Origin: Chitinophagales bacterium
GTDB taxonomy: Bacteria; Bacteroidota; Bacteroidia; Chitinophagales; LD1
Length of the DNA: 64,000 nt
Assembly: GCA_039811145.1 (NCBI GenBank)
Contig: JBDHYB010000016.1
Location: 1,274-65,273, forward strand
Direction of reading: 5' to 3'
This document shows positions 1-10,211 of this stretch, piece after piece. How positions within the stretch are numbered: the stretch's first letter is position 1; the number at the start of each line of letters is the position of its first letter. A program made the translations under genes and the position numbers. The notes beneath the pieces are model-generated. The model was not told the origin of the DNA and searched no databases. It was given only the letters and a program-made list of their open reading frames with translations.

Positions 1-936
1 CACCCAACGGCCGGCTTCTTCGGCATAACGGCGCACGGCAAGTCTTTCTTTATTGCATGGGCCATCGCCATTAATAACGCGCTTAAATTCTTCCCAATCA
101 GGATCGCTGAACTCCCAAATGCCATCTGCATTTTTGCGCAGGTTAGGGTCAGGGAAGGTAAGCCCCAGCTCAAGAATTTTGGGAACATATTGGTCTAAAA
201 ACTGGTTGCGCATATCATCATTCGATGCCAGCTTAACTTTCCACTTCATCAGTTTTTCGCTGTGTTGTGAGGCTTTATCAGGCGGGCCGAAAAAGTGTAA
301 CAGCGGGCGATACCAGCGGTTGATGGCATCCTGTAATATGGCGCGCTGCTTATCGGTGCCTGTAGCTAAATACACCACGTTATCGTGACCCTGTTTCAGG
401 TGGAAACTTTCTTCGTAGCAAATCCTTTCCAGCGCACGGCAATAAGGGCCGTAGCTGCCTTTGCTGTTTATTACCTGGTTAACAATGGCAGCGCCATCCA
501 CCAAAAAGCCTATAACAGCAATATCAGCCCAGGTTTTAGCTGGGTAATTGAATATGTTGGAGTATTTGCTTTTGCCGTTCAGCAGGTCGTCAAGCATCTG
601 CTCCCTTGTTTTACCAAGGGTTTCCGCTGCCGAGTATAACAATTGGCCGTGGCCTACCTCGTCCTGCACTTTGGCAATAAGGGCCAGTTTTCTTCTAAAG
701 TTAGGGGCGCGGGTTATCCAGGTGCCTTCGGGCAATGCGCCCACAATCTCGCTATGCGCATGTTGCTCAATCATGCGGATAAGCTGTTTGCGGTATTCCT
801 GCGGCATCCAATCGCCGGGTTCAATTTTTTCACCGCTTGTTATGCGGTCTTCAAACTCTGCCAGCTTCTGCGGGTCTTCCACAGTGGCATTCATTCGCTT
901 GGCTTCTTCTTCTGTTACAAAGGTGTTACCGTACAT
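1..936 (-). CDS. paaA: 1,2-phenylacetyl-CoA epoxidase (phenylacetate-CoA oxygenase) subunit A; 3' end cut by the window edge
   Basis: My own minus-strand translation from the ATG at 936-934 is open for 312 codons down to position 1 ([97 protein letters not shown]...). It is near-collinear with E. coli PaaA, including the di-iron motifs ([23 protein letters not shown]). The plus-strand ORFs in the track here are antisense artefacts. Confidence 0.85.
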   Translation of the reverse strand, partial: MYGNTFVTEEEAKRMNATVEDPQKLAEFEDRITSGEKIEPGDWMPQEYRKQLIRMIEQHAHSEIVGALPEGTWITRAPNFRRKLALIAKVQDEVGHGQLLYSAAETLGKTREQMLDDLLNGKSKYSNIFNYPAKTWADIAVIGFLVDGAAIVNQVINSKGSYGPYCRALERICYEESFHLKQGHDNVVYLATGTDKQRAILQDAINRWYRPLLHFFGPPDKASQHSEKLMKWKVKLASNDDMRNQFLDQYVPKILELGLTFPDPNLRKNADGIWEFSDPDWEEFKRVINGDGPCNKERLAVRRYAEEAGRWV

Positions 937-939
937 GGC

Positions 940-1518
940 TTATGCTTTTAGTCCTTTTAATAAGAGGTTTGAAACTTCTTCGGCTATTTCTTCTTCCGTT
1001 AAACGTTCGGTGCTGTTGTATAAATCGTAAGTAGCGTTAAGGGCAGAAAATATGGTGAACACAGCCAGTTTGGCGTTTACCTTTTTAAAGTCGCCACGCT
1101 TAATGCCTTTTTCAATTACATCTCTAAAGCGCATTTCGTATTCGTACCGCAGCTTTTTAAACTTAGCCAGGTGGGGTTCCTCTAAAAACACCCACTCATT
1201 AAAAAACACTTCAGAGGCATCAATGTTGTTGGCGATAACGCCAATATGGGCGCGGATGGCCAATTTCAGTTTTTTGCCGCCTTTTTCCTCCTCCATAACG
1301 GCAGCATCAAAGGCTTTGAAAAACTGCTCGGCTATATCAAAACAAATTTCGCGCAGCAGGGCATCCTTACTTTTATAATGGTTGTAAATGCTTGGCGCTT
1401 CGATTCCCACCTCGCGGGCCAGCTCGCGCATGCCAATGGCAGCGTAGCCTCTTTCCTGAAAGAGTTTCTCGGCGGTTTGCCTTATCGTTTGTTTTGTGCT
1501 TAGCGTGGCGGTGGCCAT
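940..1518 (-). CDS. TetR/AcrR-family transcriptional regulator, possibly PaaR-like because it sits directly upstream of paaA
   Basis: 192 aa. N-terminal HTH typical of TetR (IRQTAEKLFQERGYAAIGMRELAREVGIEAPSIYNHYKSKDALL). Its stop lies 3 nt from the paaA start on the same strand. Confidence 0.85.
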   Translation of the reverse strand: MATATLSTKQTIRQTAEKLFQERGYAAIGMRELAREVGIEAPSIYNHYKSKDALLREICFDIAEQFFKAFDAAVMEEEKGGKKLKLAIRAHIGVIANNIDASEVFFNEWVFLEEPHLAKFKKLRYEYEMRFRDVIEKGIKRGDFKKVNAKLAVFTIFSALNATYDLYNSTERLTEEEIAEEVSNLLLKGLKA

Positions 1519-1598
1519 ATAAACTTACGTTTGTTAGCAAAGGTATTACTTCCGCATCATACAAACAAGTGTTAGTTTACCTGATTTTCATCAATTAA

Positions 1599-2597
1599 CT
1601 ACAGCTTGCCCCCATCCGCATCCTTTAAAAAGGAGATAAGGCCCGGGAAATAATGCTCCTGGTCATCCCAAAAAGAAAAATGGCTGCCGTTAGGGCAGTA
1701 GAGGTATCTTCCGTGTTTTACCATTTTACTCATTTCCTCCATTTCCTTAGGGTTCATTTCATCATACTCGCCCCCTATGGTCAGCATAGGAACGCTTATG
1801 TTCTTTAAATCCTCCCAACGCGTCCACCCTTTCATTTTGCCGGTAACCACCATTTCGCTGGCGCCCTGCATATAGCCGTACACATTCATATTCAGGTGGT
1901 TCATACCCCTCTTGAGGGGGTCGGGCCACTCAGGCAGCCGGCAGATAAAACGGTTGTAGAACTCCCGTTGTACGAGTACCATATAGCCGGGGTCAGAGGT
2001 ATTGCCGCTTTTTTCAAATCGGTCAATGGTATCATTAACCTCCGGGCTTAACTGTTTGCGCAAGTCAGCAATGCGTTGCTCGTACTTAGGTATGCTGGCT
2101 ACCATGTTGGAGATAACAATGCCTTTAAGGTGTTGTTGGTATTTCAGTGCATACTCAATGGCCAGCATTCCACCCCAGGAGTGGCCCAGTACGTAGAAGC
2201 TATCCAGGCCTAATCCTTGTCTAACTTCCTCCACTTCTTCAATGCGCTGTGGTATTTGCCAAAGCAGTGTGTCGTTTGGCTGATCGGAGTAAAAGGAGCC
2301 TAACTGATCATATTCGTAAAACTCGATTCCTTCCTGAGGTAAAAAGCTTTCGAAACACTCGAAGTACTCGTGTGTGCAACCCGGCCCACCATGTAACAGC
2401 AGCACTTTAATTTTACCATTACCGAAACGCTTGGTCCATACCTTATACTTGCCATGAACGGTAATCATTTTTACACCCCCGGTTTTTACGCCTTCTTCTT
2501 GTAAATCGTAATAGGCGTTCCCGGTTTGCGGTTCAACGGCCTGGTTACAACTGCTGACTATAAGTAGAAGCCCAAGGGCGATAATTACATTTTTCAT
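1599..2597 (-). CDS. Proline iminopeptidase-family alpha/beta hydrolase (S33), lipoprotein
   Basis: Signal peptide with a lipobox (LLIVSSC). HGGPG oxyanion motif and GHSWGG nucleophile elbow. Length 332 aa. Confidence 0.8.
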   Translation of the reverse strand: MKNVIIALGLLLIVSSCNQAVEPQTGNAYYDLQEEGVKTGGVKMITVHGKYKVWTKRFGNGKIKVLLLHGGPGCTHEYFECFESFLPQEGIEFYEYDQLGSFYSDQPNDTLLWQIPQRIEEVEEVRQGLGLDSFYVLGHSWGGMLAIEYALKYQQHLKGIVISNMVASIPKYEQRIADLRKQLSPEVNDTIDRFEKSGNTSDPGYMVLVQREFYNRFICRLPEWPDPLKRGMNHLNMNVYGYMQGASEMVVTGKMKGWTRWEDLKNISVPMLTIGGEYDEMNPKEMEEMSKMVKHGRYLYCPNGSHFSFWDDQEHYFPGLISFLKDADGGKL

Positions 2598-2769
2598 AGC
2601 TGTTATTTACAAAGGCAAAATACTAAAACCAAAGCAAAGCAGAATGTAGCCCGTCAATTTAATGGGTTGATAGTCAGCGTGTTTAAAAATTGTTGTACAC
2701 CAGCCTTTTAGCGTTGCCGTTGCTATTTATAGAGAGAAACAATTTAATGAACTGCTAAAAAATAGTTGT

Positions 2770-2979
2770 ATGAGAAAATTATGGATTGCCTTTGGAATTG
2801 TAAGTATGCTAACACTTGCTTCCTGCAAAAAGAATTGGACGTGCCAATGTACCGATAACAACAGTAACAACACTTATCACGACATCCCGAATTCAACTTT
2901 AAACGATGCCAATCAAACGTGTAACGACTTTGAGTATAACATGAACGGTAACTACAACAACTGCTCTATTATCCAGTAG
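2770..2979 (+). CDS. Small Cys/Asn-rich lipoprotein, function unknown
   Basis: 69 aa. Signal peptide plus lipobox (MLTLASC), then 5 further Cys in an N-rich mature part. No recognisable family. Confidence 0.5.
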   Translation: MRKLWIAFGIVSMLTLASCKKNWTCQCTDNNSNNTYHDIPNSTLNDANQTCNDFEYNMNGNYNNCSIIQ

Positions 2980-2984
2980 CGCGG

Positions 2985-3737
2985 TTATTGAATATGTACG
3001 GTCTTCAGCATTTTTTTGGTGAAGTCTACGTATATATCCTGTTCGTCGGGATACACAAAAGTTCTTAGCTCGTTGGGGTCTTCCGGTATAGTGGTTTCGT
3101 AGGTATAGCGCACATACTGCACCATAGCTACGTGGCAAACACCGGGAGTTCCCTCCTCGGGCAATAGCAGTAAAACAATAAAGTTGCTTTGCTGCGTTTG
3201 TATGTCATTAATGAGGCAAAGCTGTCCGGTTTTACCGTCATTGGTAGTAAAATCTTCCGTAGCTATAACCGCTGCATTTACCTTATCCGTTAACTCCTGG
3301 CCTGATATAGCAACTCCGGCCTCTTTGTAGTAAGCGGTTAGATGTGTTTTAACATTATTCAATACCACCTGCTTTTTATCAGCAGGCGATTTTTTTACGG
3401 TGCCCAGGTTAATCAAAATAGACTGCACTATCTTTTTATCCGGTATAGGCATGGTTTCAGCTAAGGGCTCCTCATCCGTTTTCTGCAATTTAAAATCGGT
3501 AAAAGTTAACAGGCCCTTCGTTTTCCAAAGCGGGTTAACTACCATCCACATATTATCGCTTATCAGCTTATTGGCGTTAGTATCAGGGCCTGCATCCGGC
3601 TGGGCAATCAGCGTTTCGGGTAGTTCCTGCAATACTTCTTTGGCTGTTTTCTTTTCCTTTTTATCCTTTTCCTGCTGGGCGTACAACAAATGCGATGCTA
3701 TAAGCGTTAACAGAACCATAATAAATTGCTTCTTCAT
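2985..3737 (-). CDS. Secreted hypothetical protein
   Basis: 250-aa ORF with a clear signal peptide (MKKQFIMVLLTLIASHLLYAQQ). No family recognised. Confidence 0.6.
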   Translation of the reverse strand: MKKQFIMVLLTLIASHLLYAQQEKDKKEKKTAKEVLQELPETLIAQPDAGPDTNANKLISDNMWMVVNPLWKTKGLLTFTDFKLQKTDEEPLAETMPIPDKKIVQSILINLGTVKKSPADKKQVVLNNVKTHLTAYYKEAGVAISGQELTDKVNAAVIATEDFTTNDGKTGQLCLINDIQTQQSNFIVLLLLPEEGTPGVCHVAMVQYVRYTYETTIPEDPNELRTFVYPDEQDIYVDFTKKMLKTVHIQ

Positions 3738-3882
3738 AGTAGATACTCCTTTTGGGTTGACACTATAACGGTAAAAATGAAAAATATTCGCAGATAAATG
3801 GACGCTTGCACCTTTTCAATGAGGCACCTCAATCGGCTCTTTTTTTCCACTTTTAAGAATATATTGCACTATCTAAACTTTA

Positions 3883-6800
3883 ATGAACCCCATGAAACTA
3901 TTTAAGATTTTCTGTCTTTTCCTACTCTCTTCTGTTGCCTGTTTTGAGGCATCGGCCAGTAAGGAAAACCTGGCCCAGGGCTGGGACGCGTTTAACAAAA
4001 ATAAACGCGATGACGCCATCAAACTATTTGAAGAGGCTGCCAAAGATGCCGATACCAAAGCAGACGGCAATCTTGCCCTTTCGCTGGTTTACTGGAGCCT
4101 TGATAAAAATGACAAGGCCTTTAAATACTTTACAGAATTTTTTAATTCCTCCGACAATCCTTATCCATACGTGTATGCTTTATGGACAACCCCATCGGTA
4201 TTTGACGGATACGGACGTAAGAACGACGCCGAGCTTAAGTTTTTAAATGCCCTGGCAGATGATAAAAAAGCCAATGGCACAATAAAGGCAATGGTTCATT
4301 CCATGCTGGGTAACCACTACGAATCCATCGGCAATTTTAAAAAGGCGAAAGAGGAGTTTGAGGCTATAGGAACCTTGGATAATTGGGCCATACTGGGCAC
4401 ATTTGATAATACTTCGGGCAGCGGTTTTAATAAAGACTTTGGCGCCCTTACAAATGCAGGCCCTGATGCCGTATTTAAAAACAAGGTAAATGCGGATGTG
4501 AAATGGACTACCCCACCTTACGCCCGTAACGACCACTGGTTTGATTTTGACAACTACTTTGTGATAGACTACTCCATAATGTATGCCCAAACCTTTTTAG
4601 AGAGCGAGGTGGACCAGGAAGTGTTTATGCGTTCAGGCAACTCGGGTTCCTTAAAAATATGGGTAAATGATAAGCTGGTTACCAATGTTTCGGAAGAGCG
4701 CAATTGCGATTTGGATATTTATGTAAACAACATAAAACTGAATAAAGGCTATAACCGTGTTTTAGTACAGGTGGGTGAAAGTGAAACTGACCGTGCTAAC
4801 TTTATGATTCGTATAACGGACAAGGACGGCAACCCGATTAAGGGGCTGCGCAGCACCTCTTCTGTTCAAACATACAACAAGGCTGCGGAGTATACGGTTA
4901 CTGCTTACCCCCTTTTTGCTGAGGAGTTTTTTGAAAACAAAGCAAAGAACGAACCGGCCAGCCTGTTGAACCAATTGCTGCTGGCAGAAACTTACATGCG
5001 CAACGATAAGGTTTATGAAGCGCGTAAAGCCTTAAAGAAGGCCGGTGAACTGGCTCCTGAAAGTTCTTTCCTTGGTGTTAGAATGATTGAGGCCTATGCA
5101 CGCGACAAAAACGTAACTGACCTTACCAAGCAGTATGAGAAAATTAAAAGCAACGACCCTGATTATATCTATGCGGTTAAAGGTTTAATGGATGAAGCCG
5201 ATGAAAAGGAGGACTATGATGAAGAAGAAACCTTATTGGAAAAATATAAGAAGCTGTATGGCGAGGATGAATACAGCGACCTGCGCACGCTTGCCCTATT
5301 AGCCAAAAGAAATAAATATGAGCAAGTGGTAAGCATGTCGCAGAGCCTGTATGAAAAGTACCCTGACAACTACGAGTTGATGGCGATAATGTACAGCATT
5401 GAGCGCAATACCAGCAAGAACCTATCGAAGGCTAACCAGATTTTGAAGAATTACTTTAAAGGGCACTACAGCGACAAGGTGCTTACTGCCATGGCAAGCA
5501 ACTACTTTGACCTTGGCAATAAGGATGAGGGCTTAAAACTGTACTACCAGCGCGTTGATAATTACCCTTACGCTATTTCGTATTATACTGATTTAAGCGA
5601 TTTGTTTTTTGGTGCGCAGGATTACAGCAGCGCCTTAACATGGGCCAATAAAGCGCTTGACCTTTCGCCTTATTTAGGCGGATCATGGAACCGCCTTGGT
5701 AAAATTTACCAGGCCATGAATAACGAAACGGAAGCGAAAGAGGCTTTCCGCAAGGCGATATACTATACGCCTACCAACTATGAGGCCCGCAAGCAACTGC
5801 GCAAGCTGGAAGGCAAGAAGGACTTGTTTGAAAACTTTGACAAAACCGATGCTTACGACTTGTATAAGAAGGCGCCGAAGGCTGAAGACTACCCTGATGA
5901 TAACAGCATTATACTATTGAACGAAACGCAGCGTGTTGTTTATCCTGAAGGGGCTACTGAAGAAAAAAGCGAGATAGTAGTTAAAGTATTTAACCAGGCA
6001 GGTATTGACACCTGGAAGGAGTATTACATAGGCTTTAACGGCTATCGCCAGCGATTGATTATTGACAAGGCGGAAGTGTTGAAGAAAGATGGGAACAAGG
6101 TGCAGGCTGAAAAGGATGATGCGGATATTGTGTTTACCAACCTTGAGGCCGGCGATGCCATCCACCTTTCGTACCGTATAGAAAACTACAACCGCGGTAA
6201 GCTGGCTCAGCATTTTTGGGAGCAGTTTAACTTTAACTTCAGCTATCCTGTACTTATTAGCCGTTACAGCATTTTAATGCCTGCCACTAAGGAGTTTAAA
6301 CACCAGGTTTTAAATGCAGACATAAAAGCAAAGACAACAGATGTGGAAGATATGAAGCTGTATGTATGGGAGATGAAAGATCAGCCTGCCATTAAGCCTG
6401 AACCGCAAATGCCGCCTTTAAGCGATATAGGCGCTGTGTTGGACATTAGCACACTGCCTGACTGGAAGTACGTTAGCAATTGGTATTCCGACCTTTCTTC
6501 AACCTTGGCCAAAACTGATTTTGTAATTAAAGAAACCGTTGCGGAATTGTTTAAAGATAAAAAGGGCTTAAGCGAGTTGCAAAAGGCCAAGATGATTTAT
6601 GAATACATTGAACAGAATGTATCCTACAGTAATGTGCCGTTTATGCACGGCCCCATCATTCCGCAAAAGGCATCGCGTACCTTAACCACCAAGTTGGGTG
6701 ATTGTAAAGATGTATCAACGCTGTTTGTTGCTATGTGTAAAGAGGCGGGACTTAAAGCCAACCTTATTTTGGTTGACACTCGTAACAACGGCGATAAGCA

Positions 6801-7650
6801 CCTTAACCTACCAAGCATTGACTTTAACCACTGTATTGCGCAATTACAAACCGGTGGCAAGAATTACATTATTGAGTTAACCGACCAAAAGCTATCGTTT
6901 GCTTCTTTACCAAAAGAAGACCTGAACACCAACGCCTTGTTTATACCACGCGAAGGCGACAGCGCTGCTACGCAGTTAATGAAATTGAACTCGCCGAGCA
7001 GAGTGCGTAATTTGATTGTGCGCGAAACCGACCTTAAGTTTGAAAACAACGACATCATTTTTACCCGCAAAACAATTAAGACCGGTGTGCTGGCCTCAGG
7101 TGTGCGTAATGATTTTGCTGATGAAGGCAAAGACAAGCAGGAAAAGGAAATGACGCAGGCAGTTGCGGGAGACTTTACTAACCCTGCCAAGTTATTGAAC
7201 CTTAACTTTAAGGATTTGAAGACGCTTTCAGACAGCGTGGAGTACAGTTACTCATTCCAGGTTAAGAATGAATTGAATGAAGTGATAGGCATTAAGATAT
7301 TCCGTATTCCGTGGAGCGAGGGTGTGCGCACCTCTGATTTCCTTTCGCTGGAAACCCGTAAGTATCCGCTACTGATGTGGAGGATGCAAAGCGCGGAATC
7401 ATTTAAGGAAACAGTCAATATTGAATTACCTGCGGGCAAGGTATTGGCCGAGCAGCCTAAATCAGTAAATATTACCAGTGATTTTGCTGATTATACATTG
7501 ACCTACAATACTAGTGTGGCAGGAAAGGTAAAGGCAACACGCGAGATCAAATTTAAGCGTGACATAGTAAACGCAGATGAATATCCGAAGTTCCGCGAGT
7601 TTTATAACCAGGTAGCTGCTGCCGATAGTAAGCAAATAGGATTTAAGTAA
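3883..7650 (+). CDS. Large secreted TPR-repeat protein with DUF3857-like, transglutaminase-like and DUF3858-like regions
   Basis: 1255 aa with a signal peptide. The N-terminal ~650 aa contain repeated TPR-like helices. A transglutaminase-core Cys motif is present (TKLGDCKDVSTLFVAMCKEAGLKANLILV). The architecture is typical of Bacteroidota DUF3857/DUF3858 proteins. The start could also be M4 (3892). Confidence 0.75.
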   Translation: MNPMKLFKIFCLFLLSSVACFEASASKENLAQGWDAFNKNKRDDAIKLFEEAAKDADTKADGNLALSLVYWSLDKNDKAFKYFTEFFNSSDNPYPYVYALWTTPSVFDGYGRKNDAELKFLNALADDKKANGTIKAMVHSMLGNHYESIGNFKKAKEEFEAIGTLDNWAILGTFDNTSGSGFNKDFGALTNAGPDAVFKNKVNADVKWTTPPYARNDHWFDFDNYFVIDYSIMYAQTFLESEVDQEVFMRSGNSGSLKIWVNDKLVTNVSEERNCDLDIYVNNIKLNKGYNRVLVQVGESETDRANFMIRITDKDGNPIKGLRSTSSVQTYNKAAEYTVTAYPLFAEEFFENKAKNEPASLLNQLLLAETYMRNDKVYEARKALKKAGELAPESSFLGVRMIEAYARDKNVTDLTKQYEKIKSNDPDYIYAVKGLMDEADEKEDYDEEETLLEKYKKLYGEDEYSDLRTLALLAKRNKYEQVVSMSQSLYEKYPDNYELMAIMYSIERNTSKNLSKANQILKNYFKGHYSDKVLTAMASNYFDLGNKDEGLKLYYQRVDNYPYAISYYTDLSDLFFGAQDYSSALTWANKALDLSPYLGGSWNRLGKIYQAMNNETEAKEAFRKAIYYTPTNYEARKQLRKLEGKKDLFENFDKTDAYDLYKKAPKAEDYPDDNSIILLNETQRVVYPEGATEEKSEIVVKVFNQAGIDTWKEYYIGFNGYRQRLIIDKAEVLKKDGNKVQAEKDDADIVFTNLEAGDAIHLSYRIENYNRGKLAQHFWEQFNFNFSYPVLISRYSILMPATKEFKHQVLNADIKAKTTDVEDMKLYVWEMKDQPAIKPEPQMPPLSDIGAVLDISTLPDWKYVSNWYSDLSSTLAKTDFVIKETVAELFKDKKGLSELQKAKMIYEYIEQNVSYSNVPFMHGPIIPQKASRTLTTKLGDCKDVSTLFVAMCKEAGLKANLILVDTRNNGDKHLNLPSIDFNHCIAQLQTGGKNYIIELTDQKLSFASLPKEDLNTNALFIPREGDSAATQLMKLNSPSRVRNLIVRETDLKFENNDIIFTRKTIKTGVLASGVRNDFADEGKDKQEKEMTQAVAGDFTNPAKLLNLNFKDLKTLSDSVEYSYSFQVKNELNEVIGIKIFRIPWSEGVRTSDFLSLETRKYPLLMWRMQSAESFKETVNIELPAGKVLAEQPKSVNITSDFADYTLTYNTSVAGKVKATREIKFKRDIVNADEYPKFREFYNQVAAADSKQIGFK

Positions 7651-7664
7651 ATAAAGCTTCATAG

Positions 7665-7710
7665 CTAAACAAAAGAGCCTCCTTTTTTTAAAGGAGGCTC
7701 TTTTGTTTAG
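7665..7710. terminator. Bidirectional intrinsic terminator: perfect 21-bp inverted repeat with a TTTT loop
   Basis: CTAAACAAAAGAGCCTCCTTT (7665-7685) / TTTT / AAAGGAGGCTCTTTTGTTTAG (7690-7710). It lies between convergent genes. The right arm contains the stop codon (7707-7709) of the minus-strand gene. Confidence 0.8.
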
Positions 7711-10211
7711 CCAAGGTTGTGTTTGCGCATTTTGCGTTTTTCGTCCCACTCGCGCATTTGCTGATAGTCTAGATAGTATTGCACTTTAACGCTTATGGAA
7801 TTGCTTTGTGGCGTATTAAAGGTGCGCTGAACGTTGCGATAGTAATTATCGCCACTGTCCCGGTCGCCTTTGGCAATACTTTGTTTCCAGGTCAATATCA
7901 TGTTACTGCCCGGTGCAAACTGCCAGTTGTATATAAAGTCTATATTCCAGGTATTAAAGTTTCTATCGGTGTTATAGGGGTAATTGATGAAGTCCATATA
8001 ACCGCCCGCATCCAGGGTGGCGTGTTCAATGTAAACCGCTTTACTCCAGTAGTGCCTTGCGCGCAACGTCATATACATTAGCGGCGTAATAGTGTACTGA
8101 AAATTGAAAGTGTTGCTGACAGTAAACAACTGCCTACCGCCAATTACAGGTCGGCCTTCATCATCAAAATCAGCAAAGCCATAGTTTTTAAAATCCCTGC
8201 TCCAGTTAAAGCTATGCGAAATTTTTATGCGGTCCTTAATGCGTACGGTGGGCGTTATGGTTGCTTCAAAGTAGGGGTCGTTTTTAACCGGCGATTCGCC
8301 AAAACCTAAAATCACTTCCGTAGAAAATACCTTGCGGGTATCGGTACCTACATACATATTCATGAACCCGTAAGGATAGCGGCAGAATTTTGCCCCTTCC
8401 ACACGGGGCTCGTAGTAATCATAATAACGCACGGGTTTGGTGGTAGCAAAGGCGCCCATATACCAAAAGTTGGTAAACTGCCAGTCCACGCTCATATTAA
8501 TGGTGAAATCCTGGAAAGCGAATGGTTTAAAAAGAGAAGTTTGCACAACACCGATAGAGCTCGACCAGTTGTTTATTTTCTTTTTAGGCTTAAAATCAAA
8601 GTATTTAAATCCGATGAAGTTGGCCACTTCGTTGCCATGAAATAAAAGGCCCAGGTCATTCTGATCATACTTATCGGTAATTACCCATTGCTCAAAATCA
8701 AAACGGAAATTGCCGCTTATCTTACTTGCCTGGTAATCTACATAAGCACCAAATTGCGGCTTATCAGCAATAGCCTTGTCGTAAATCTGAGAAAAGGAGC
8801 CAACACCGCTCCACGAAAAAGTATTGGTGGGATCTTTAATAACAAAGTTTAAGGAGGAAACATTGGCCTTGCGCCAATCGCCTTTACGTATAACACTGGT
8901 ATTAATAAACCCCACGCGCGAGTTGTTTTTAAGCGATTGATCGAGCACAAAAATGTTGTAGTTGGCCAACGGTTCCGTTAGTGCCTTACGCTTTTCGCCG
9001 GTTACACTATTTTTTACAACCGCATACATTGGCGCTGATACGGCGTTTATCATGCCTATGCCTAAATCGCCTTTTGTTCTACCAGAAAATTTGGTAGCGT
9101 TATAGAGTTGTGTAACAGACGGATTGGAAACCACTTCTTCATTTTCATCAACCAGATAGGGAACATCGTAATAGAGGGAAGGCGTTTGACCTATACGCCG
9201 GCTGTAAAACAACTGCCCCGGCCCAAGGCCAACCTTGCGGTTAAACAGTTCGGTACCTTCGGTAAAGAATGGCCGCCTTTCCTGAAACTGCACCTCAAAG
9301 GGCGAAAGGTTGAGTACAAGGTTATCGCTCTGCACTTGTCCAAAATCGGGAATGAGGGTAGTGTTTAGCGTAAAGCTTTCATTAATACCCCAGTTGATGT
9401 CCATGCCGCCATTTAAAATTTTTCCGTTGGCCATTACCTTGGGATCAAGGGATAAAGGCTGCCTCTGAAAGCCCACGGTTAAATACGGGATGAATGAAAG
9501 GCGAAGAGGCGGGTGTAGTTTTTGCAGATTACTTAACTCGCCCCATTGGTTAACAGTACCATCTATTTGAGGATTTACGGGACTCCATGAAGACAACTCG
9601 TTAAAGCGTTGAATAACCCGTGCAAACTGTAGTCCCCAGGATTGAATATCCTGTTTAGGAAAGCGAAGAGCGGAGTAGGGGATTTTCAGTTCTGCAACCC
9701 AGCCATCGTTTACAATACTTACGCGCGAGAACCAAACTGCATCCCAACTTAAATCGTAATTGCCGGGTGATAGGCGGCCATCGGTTTGCACCCCACAGGC
9801 CGAAACCTGGAAACGGTAACCGTTAAGGTTATCATTATATGTATCGAAGCCTACGGCAAAATTATCAGCATTGGCCTGACCATCGCGTTCGCACAGCTGG
9901 TGCATTATTTTTTCGGGAGTGCCATCGTACATATGGGCGCCCACATAAATGGCATTGTCGTCGTAAACAATTTTTACCTCGGTGCGCAGGGCCGATGCCT
10001 TTCCGAATTCCGGCTGGTTGGTAACAAAATCTGATACCATAGGCGCAAGCCTCCAGCATTCGTCTGATAAGTCGCCATCAATCTTAGGGGGCGCGGTAAT
10101 TTTTACCGCTTCAATGGTTCGCTTAGCAGTTAAGGAAGATTCAATAGGCGCCGGCGCCTGCACAAGCGAGGCCGCTGCTGTTAAAGGCCCTAAAAGCAAT
10201 AAACTAAACAT
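7707..10211 (-). CDS. Outer-membrane/secreted protein with an N-terminal CBM9-like domain and a DUF5916-like beta-rich region
   Basis: The track ORF runs to 10274. The likely start is M22 (MFSLLLLGPLTAAASLVQA signal peptide) at 10211. The N-terminal region (KIDGDLSDECWRLAP...IYVGAHMYD) resembles CBM family 9. The long aromatic-rich C-terminal part is typical of DUF5916. Confidence 0.7.
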   Translation of the reverse strand: MFSLLLLGPLTAAASLVQAPAPIESSLTAKRTIEAVKITAPPKIDGDLSDECWRLAPMVSDFVTNQPEFGKASALRTEVKIVYDDNAIYVGAHMYDGTPEKIMHQLCERDGQANADNFAVGFDTYNDNLNGYRFQVSACGVQTDGRLSPGNYDLSWDAVWFSRVSIVNDGWVAELKIPYSALRFPKQDIQSWGLQFARVIQRFNELSSWSPVNPQIDGTVNQWGELSNLQKLHPPLRLSFIPYLTVGFQRQPLSLDPKVMANGKILNGGMDINWGINESFTLNTTLIPDFGQVQSDNLVLNLSPFEVQFQERRPFFTEGTELFNRKVGLGPGQLFYSRRIGQTPSLYYDVPYLVDENEEVVSNPSVTQLYNATKFSGRTKGDLGIGMINAVSAPMYAVVKNSVTGEKRKALTEPLANYNIFVLDQSLKNNSRVGFINTSVIRKGDWRKANVSSLNFVIKDPTNTFSWSGVGSFSQIYDKAIADKPQFGAYVDYQASKISGNFRFDFEQWVITDKYDQNDLGLLFHGNEVANFIGFKYFDFKPKKKINNWSSSIGVVQTSLFKPFAFQDFTINMSVDWQFTNFWYMGAFATTKPVRYYDYYEPRVEGAKFCRYPYGFMNMYVGTDTRKVFSTEVILGFGESPVKNDPYFEATITPTVRIKDRIKISHSFNWSRDFKNYGFADFDDEGRPVIGGRQLFTVSNTFNFQYTITPLMYMTLRARHYWSKAVYIEHATLDAGGYMDFINYPYNTDRNFNTWNIDFIYNWQFAPGSNMILTWKQSIAKGDRDSGDNYYRNVQRTFNTPQSNSISVKVQYYLDYQQMREWDEKRKMRKHNLG

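Noticed and set aside
53-1034. Several plus-strand ORFs (111, 84, 160, 102 and 65 aa) in the first kilobase
   Set aside because: They lie antisense to a full-length, strongly PaaA-like minus-strand reading frame (1-936). They have low-complexity, S/L/R-rich composition typical of shadow ORFs.
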